From the NCBI GenBank assembly GCA_044359815.1, contig JBIKLL010000023.1, positions 1 to 33,071 on the forward strand: a stretch of DNA of 33,071 nucleotides, written 5' to 3'. This document shows, in pieces, positions 28,754-33,071 of the stretch (the stretch's first letter is position 1; each line of letters begins with the position of its first letter). The stretch is from Pseudobdellovibrionaceae bacterium (GTDB taxonomy: Bacteria; Bdellovibrionota; Bdellovibrionia; Bdellovibrionales; Bdellovibrionaceae). The notes beneath the pieces are model-generated. The model saw nothing but the letters and a program-made list of their open reading frames with translations, was not told the origin of the DNA and did no database searches. The position numbers and the translations under genes are program-made.

Positions 28754-29140
28754 GACTAAACCCGAGCTGAGAGTTACCGAAGTGAAAAAAAATTCTGAGT
28801 TTTTACATTTAAAAATATTTAAAAAGGTCACAGCTCCTGCTTCTCTGCTCGGACAAGCCCCGCCATCCGGGCTCCGCAGAGGACCTTTTTAAATATTTTT
28901 AAATGTAAAAACTCAGAATTTTTTTTCACTTCGGTAACTCACAGGTCGATATAGTTTGGCAGATTTTAGAAATAAATATTTAATTTTTGTATTTTACTTA
29001 AATGGGTCACAGCCTCGTGCCTCATCCGCTCGGGCAAGCCCCCGCCATCCATGGCTCCGCGGAGAACCCATTTAAGCAAAACACAAAATTAAATATTTAT
29101 TTCTAAAATCTGCCAAAGCTCAGTTCCGTGAGGTTTAGTC
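28754..29140. repeat. Compound palindromic element: two long hairpins with homologous GC-rich cores, closed by outer inverted repeat (candidate structured ncRNA or non-autonomous mobile element)
   Basis: Perfect 59-bp IR at 28771-28829/28882-28940, near-perfect 52/53-bp IR at 28955-29007/29066-29117, homologous cores at 28830-28881 and 29008-29065, and outer GACTAAACC/GGTTTAGTC at 28754-28762/29132-29140. Confidence 0.92.
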
Positions 29141-29196
29141 TTTGAGAATTGGAGGTTCTGTCACTAATTCTTACTTGGACTGGGCATGGGCAAAAT

Positions 29197-30378
29197 TTAG
29201 CGGCAGGTTTTGGTGCCAGATTCGATCAGACAATATTCGCCAAGCTGACCGTTTTCACCAGCCACGCCATTTAACCCCTGTATCCCTTGCCTGCCAGGTT
29301 TGGGTTGTTCGCCGACAAAGCATTTGAAATCAGGATGACTAAGATTTTTCTGATCAAAATCTTTTGGGTGCAAACCTGGCTCGCCACCCAGTTGCCCAGC
29401 ACCACCGTAACCACCCTGACCACCCAAACCCTGAGCTTTTTGTATTTTGATTTCTGCATCAATCAGATCAGCGTCCGCATAAAAGCTTCCACTAAATCCA
29501 CCATGGCCGCCATTGCCCCCACGTTTTCCAGCGACACCTTCCGAACCATTTGAAGGCATAAAATAAATATTAAAACACCAAACACCTTTATGATGATTAC
29601 CACCTGGATAGAAATTGAAATAACCGCTTTGTCCCCTGGCCGCAGGTTCCGTAATTGGTTTTGCAGATTCACCATCACCACCGTGTTGTCCCTGCAATAA
29701 AACTGAAGCGGTTCCGGTAATCAATTTGGCTTTTAAATTAATATTTCCGCCAGGCCTGCCAGACTGACTGGCTGATGCATGGCTGTCAGATTCAAAAGTT
29801 ACAAATTTTGTGTCTTTCAAAATTATTTCGCTGGCCTGCAATCGCAAATTGTTGGATCCGATTTTAAACACAGACTTTTCAGCGATAAAAATTCTGCCTG
29901 TTGTTTGCAGCAGCAGATCCTTATCAAGCTCAGATCCTGAAACATTTAGATCCTTGGGTACTGTGATTGAAACCCTGTCCAAAATATTTTCGTCTGCAGT
30001 GTCCAGACCCTTTGAGCATTTGTATTCATAGGTTTGGCCTGCAACAGCTTCGGAATCGACAGTCTGACCTGCCAGTGATCTGTCGCCAGTTTGATTGTCG
30101 GTCTGATTCAGGATCTGATTGCCGCCGGTTTTAGGTATCAACTTCAGGGCGTTGTTGCCTTGAAATTTTGCTATTACCTGGCATTGGGGATCGGCTGAAA
30201 TCTGGATGTGATAACTGTCAAACTGTTCATTGGCTTTTGCGGTTACAGTTAGCAGTGCTGATTTTTGCGCATAGTTTTGAGTGACGCTGGGTTTGGGCGC
30301 TGATTCAGAATCTGAGTCTGCGATTTTCACACAGCCAGTCAGGCTTAGTGCTAGCAAACATACAATTGGGTGTTTCAT
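29197..30378 (-). CDS. Lipoprotein with interrupted collagen-like Gly-X-Y repeats
   Basis: Lipobox LTGC, Gly-X-Y runs (GSEGVAGKRGGNGGHG, GLGGQGGYGGAGQLG, GRQGIQGLNGVAGENGQLG) and an AAGGAG RBS. Confidence 0.8.
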   Translation of the reverse strand: MKHPIVCLLALSLTGCVKIADSDSESAPKPSVTQNYAQKSALLTVTAKANEQFDSYHIQISADPQCQVIAKFQGNNALKLIPKTGGNQILNQTDNQTGDRSLAGQTVDSEAVAGQTYEYKCSKGLDTADENILDRVSITVPKDLNVSGSELDKDLLLQTTGRIFIAEKSVFKIGSNNLRLQASEIILKDTKFVTFESDSHASASQSGRPGGNINLKAKLITGTASVLLQGQHGGDGESAKPITEPAARGQSGYFNFYPGGNHHKGVWCFNIYFMPSNGSEGVAGKRGGNGGHGGFSGSFYADADLIDAEIKIQKAQGLGGQGGYGGAGQLGGEPGLHPKDFDQKNLSHPDFKCFVGEQPKPGRQGIQGLNGVAGENGQLGEYCLIESGTKTCR

Positions 30379-30397
30379 GGGAGCTCCTTGTTTTGAG

Positions 30398-30423
30398 CAG
30401 CAATTGATTAATCAACATTGCTG
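30398..30423. promoter_or_regulatory. Palindromic candidate operator upstream of the collagen-like gene
   Basis: Perfect TTGATTAATCAA (30404-30415) flanked by CAGCAAT/ATTGCTG, about 20 bp upstream of the ATG. Confidence 0.4.
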
Positions 30424-30545
30424 GCGATGGTTTTTATTTTATTCAGCGAAATTTCCCAAATATTTTGATTTGAAAAGTCTGCCGTTAAAACCCTTTGCAA
30501 AACGATAGGCCTATGGAAATCACACTTATAAATTTTAAGGTCCCC

Positions 30546-30581
30546 AAAAACAAGAAGGCCGGACATTTCTGTCCGGCCCTC
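30546..30581 (-). terminator. Rho-independent terminator of the PopA-like gene
   Basis: Stem GGCCGGACA/TGTCCGGCC (30557-30565/30570-30578) with a 4-nt loop, followed on the minus strand by TTCTTGTTTTT. It lies 35 bp after the stop. Confidence 0.85.
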
Positions 30582-30613
30582 GTAGATGCCTTATCTCAGA
30601 TGTAATCGTTAAA

Positions 30614-31780
30614 TTACCAGTTATAAGTCAAAGCAGCTGTAGTCAGGAATTTATCCCCGTTTGTACCGCCACCCAAGTTCAAATTACCGTTGGTAGCAGC
30701 GTTAAGAGTGCCATCCAACATAAATTTGCCCCATTTGAATCCCAGACCGCCAGCAACTGATGTGTTGTCGTCGATTGAGTTAGCTTCGCCAGTTCCGCCT
30801 GTAGTTGTTTTCTTAGAACCCATGAAGAAATTTTGAGCCACAGATCCTCTGATTACTAGCCATGAAGCACCTTCAGCTTCAACACCAACCCACAAAGGTA
30901 AAACTGTAGTTTCAGTTTTAGTCTCAGTTCCGCTTGCTGTTGATTTGGTTGTGCTCATCATGTACTTCGCGCCGTAAAACACATTAGCGCCATCTTTGTT
31001 GATTGAATTAACAACAGCCAAAGTCATATCGTTGTAACCAACTTTTAAGTTCTCAGTACCGGCGTTTGTTAATTTAACACCTGTATTGTTCATTCCAAAC
31101 AAGAAAGTCATTGTGTCCATAGCGTAAGTAGCTTCAACACCGTAAGAGCTTTCCATTTGCGCTTTGATTTCTCCGCCAGTAGCCTGGATTGAAGAGTCAC
31201 CAGCTAAGCCAAGGCTTAGTTTTGCTGTCCAAACATCAGTAGAAGCAGAGGCAGAAACACCCATTGAATTAGATTTCTTAGGTCCGTGAGTTGCCGTTGC
31301 TGTTCCTGTTCCCTTTTTTTCGCCTTTTGAATAGTTCAATCCAAAGCCGACTTTCATATCGCCCATGCCCATTGCATAGAAAATATTAAAAGGGTTTTCT
31401 TCGCGCATGAATTCATTTGTTCCAGCGTTTACAGCTTCGTCTGCTGCACCAATCATAGTGTTGAAATTGGCGTTTTGTCGGCCCAGGTAAATACCCCAAG
31501 CTGAATCGTCCATTTTGCGGATAATACCGCCTTCGCCATGAGGAGTAGCTGCTGTAGTAGTGGTGTATGCATTAGCACCAGTAGTTGCATTCCAAGTATC
31601 CGCGCTGCCGTATTCAAAGAATACCGTTTCGTTAAACATCATCGCTTTTGATGGTTCAGTAAATACGTCCTGAACGTCATTCAAGTGATGAGATCCTCCC
31701 AAAGCGGCAAGCCTCGACTTAGATGCGTTTGCTGTGGCTGCAGTTAATAGTGCAGCTGTTATTAATAGTGCTGTTTTCAT
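30614..31780 (-). CDS. popA: Major outer-membrane porin-like protein, Bdellovibrio PopA/Omp family
   Basis: Signal peptide ...ANA|SKSRLAAL. The motifs PHGEGG, ENPFNIFYA, FYG, LPLWVGVEAEGASWLVIRGSVAQN and C-terminal LTYNW resemble my recollection of the B. bacteriovorus major OMP. It has an AAGGA RBS and its own terminator. Confidence 0.75.
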   Translation of the reverse strand: MKTALLITAALLTAATANASKSRLAALGGSHHLNDVQDVFTEPSKAMMFNETVFFEYGSADTWNATTGANAYTTTTAATPHGEGGIIRKMDDSAWGIYLGRQNANFNTMIGAADEAVNAGTNEFMREENPFNIFYAMGMGDMKVGFGLNYSKGEKKGTGTATATHGPKKSNSMGVSASASTDVWTAKLSLGLAGDSSIQATGGEIKAQMESSYGVEATYAMDTMTFLFGMNNTGVKLTNAGTENLKVGYNDMTLAVVNSINKDGANVFYGAKYMMSTTKSTASGTETKTETTVLPLWVGVEAEGASWLVIRGSVAQNFFMGSKKTTTGGTGEANSIDDNTSVAGGLGFKWGKFMLDGTLNAATNGNLNLGGGTNGDKFLTTAALTYNW

Positions 31781-32320
31781 TTTTTGTTCCTTTCGTTGTC
31801 TTTAACAAAAGATGTTAATTGTTAGCTTCTTTCAATAACTAGATCGTAAATACGTACTGTGGTGAGATCAATAATAATTTTTTAACCCAAAATTGCAGAA
31901 GCCGCTCTGGGGTTGAAAAAACAGTGCTGTGACTTTTTTTCTTCAGCTAAATTTATCCAACAAATGTTGAAATCTGCCCGTTAAGTTCATTTTCTAAAAT
32001 TGATTTTTAAACTGCGTTTGCAGTTCACAAACTCTTTTTGCTTTTGCCGGCAAACCCGCTGCTGTTATGATTTTCACCGAGTTAATGCTCTAAAGTTTAA
32101 AAAAATTTTTCTGATTTGATTTGCGCACCATGTGCTTTAAAAATACTCTGCCCGAACTTTAGGCTAGGCAGCTAGTTTATCAAAAATTGTCCAAACCCCT
32201 ATGTAGTTGTTGCACCCAGACAGGGCGGCGCGTTCAGTTTGATGTTTATTGATTGCGTTAGGACCAAGGTCTGTAATGGCTAATTGTAAAACCACCTAAT
32301 GAAGGGTCTAATCAAAACCA

Positions 32321-33071
32321 ATGCAGCAAAAGAAAATGCAACTTGGTTTTATCAAAAGACATCCTGACGGCTTTGGGTTTTTTATTCCTGACGATCCCGA
32401 AATGCCTGACATATATATACCTAAACATTCAATGAAGGGCGCTATGACTAATGACAAGGTCATGGTTGAACCCCTAGTTCACCGACGTGACGAAAAGGTC
32501 AGCGGCGAAATCATTAATATAGTAAAGCGTGCTACCACAAAAGTCGTTGGAGCTTACAAAAAAATTAACGACACCACTGCCATTATCAAAGACGAAGGCG
32601 GTTGGGGCGAAGATTTAAAAATCAAAACCACTGATGCCAGCGGTGCCAAAGAAAACGATCTGGTGTTGATCGAAATCACCACTTACCCAGATAGCGATCA
32701 GGGATTTAATGGTAAGGTCATTCAGGTTTTAGGCAGCACCGAGGATCCATTGACCGACATCCATCGCGTTGTTCATGGTCTGCAAATCCCTTTTGAGTTT
32801 TCAGCTGAGGCCATTCATCAAGCCCAGCAATTAAAGCCCCAGGTTTCTGAAGCCGACATCCAAGGCCGCAAAGATTTACGGCATTTAAATTTGATCACCA
32901 TTGATGGTGTTACCGCCAAAGATTTTGATGATGCCGTTTATGTTGAAAGCACAGGATCAGGATTTAAATTATATGTGGCCATAGCCGATGTCAGCCATTA
33001 CGTCAGACCCGGTGCCGCCATTGATAAGGATGCTTATCAACGGGGAACCAGCGTTTATTTTCCGAATTTCG
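32321..33071 (+). CDS. rnr: Ribonuclease R (RNB family), 5' part; runs off window, absent from ORF track
   Basis: Manual translation gives MQQKKMQLGFIKRHPDGFGFFIPDD...DIYIP (cold-shock domain) ...RKDLRHLNLITIDGVTAKDFDDAV...VAIADVSHYV...AYQRGTSVYFP. In-frame TAA at 32309. Confidence 0.93.
   Translation, partial: MQQKKMQLGFIKRHPDGFGFFIPDDPEMPDIYIPKHSMKGAMTNDKVMVEPLVHRRDEKVSGEIINIVKRATTKVVGAYKKINDTTAIIKDEGGWGEDLKIKTTDASGAKENDLVLIEITTYPDSDQGFNGKVIQVLGSTEDPLTDIHRVVHGLQIPFEFSAEAIHQAQQLKPQVSEADIQGRKDLRHLNLITIDGVTAKDFDDAVYVESTGSGFKLYVAIADVSHYVRPGAAIDKDAYQRGTSVYFPNF

Noticed and set aside
28683..28892. 69-aa ORF (and 28484-28831 on the minus strand) across the palindrome
   Set aside because: They overlap the permease and run through an inverted repeat, with no RBS or protein-like features.
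28771..29117. Simple bidirectional rho-independent terminators
   Set aside because: The stems are 52-59 bp and AT-rich with structured loops over 50 nt and no U-tract at the base. They may still affect termination.
31781..32320. tRNA, riboswitch or sRNA in the 540-bp popA-rnr intergenic region
   Set aside because: No cloverleaf or recognisable aptamer motif is visible by eye. It is most simply divergent promoters; an Rfam scan would be needed.

Overview
33 kb of chromosome from a Bdellovibrionota-like predatory bacterium. The assignment is inferred from the tadC/FHA-maf-yggS-proC-divIVA gene order and a PopA-like major outer-membrane protein. In order, the window holds: an 8-bp microsatellite at the edge; an orphan exbB/exbD-type motor pair; a degenerate sulfatase-like lipoprotein; a translationally coupled minus-strand operon (tadC, DUF192, three membrane FHA proteins, a PP2C-like ORF); a Maf-YggS in-frame fusion with proC and divIVA; a TetA-like MFS exporter; valS flanked by three predicted outer-membrane beta-barrels, one with a Cyc2-like N-terminal CxxCH; pckG; a 2OG-Fe(II) oxygenase; trmO; a BMP-family nucleoside ABC transporter; a collagen-like lipoprotein; the PopA-like porin; and the 5' part of rnr, which the ORF track missed. 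The most unusual feature is a non-coding element at 28754-29140. It has two long AT-rich hairpins with largely unrelated arms (one a perfect 59-bp stem), each capped by a homologous GC-rich core showing covariation, and the pair is closed by an outer inverted repeat. No tRNA, rRNA, CRISPR array, transposase or integrase was seen.
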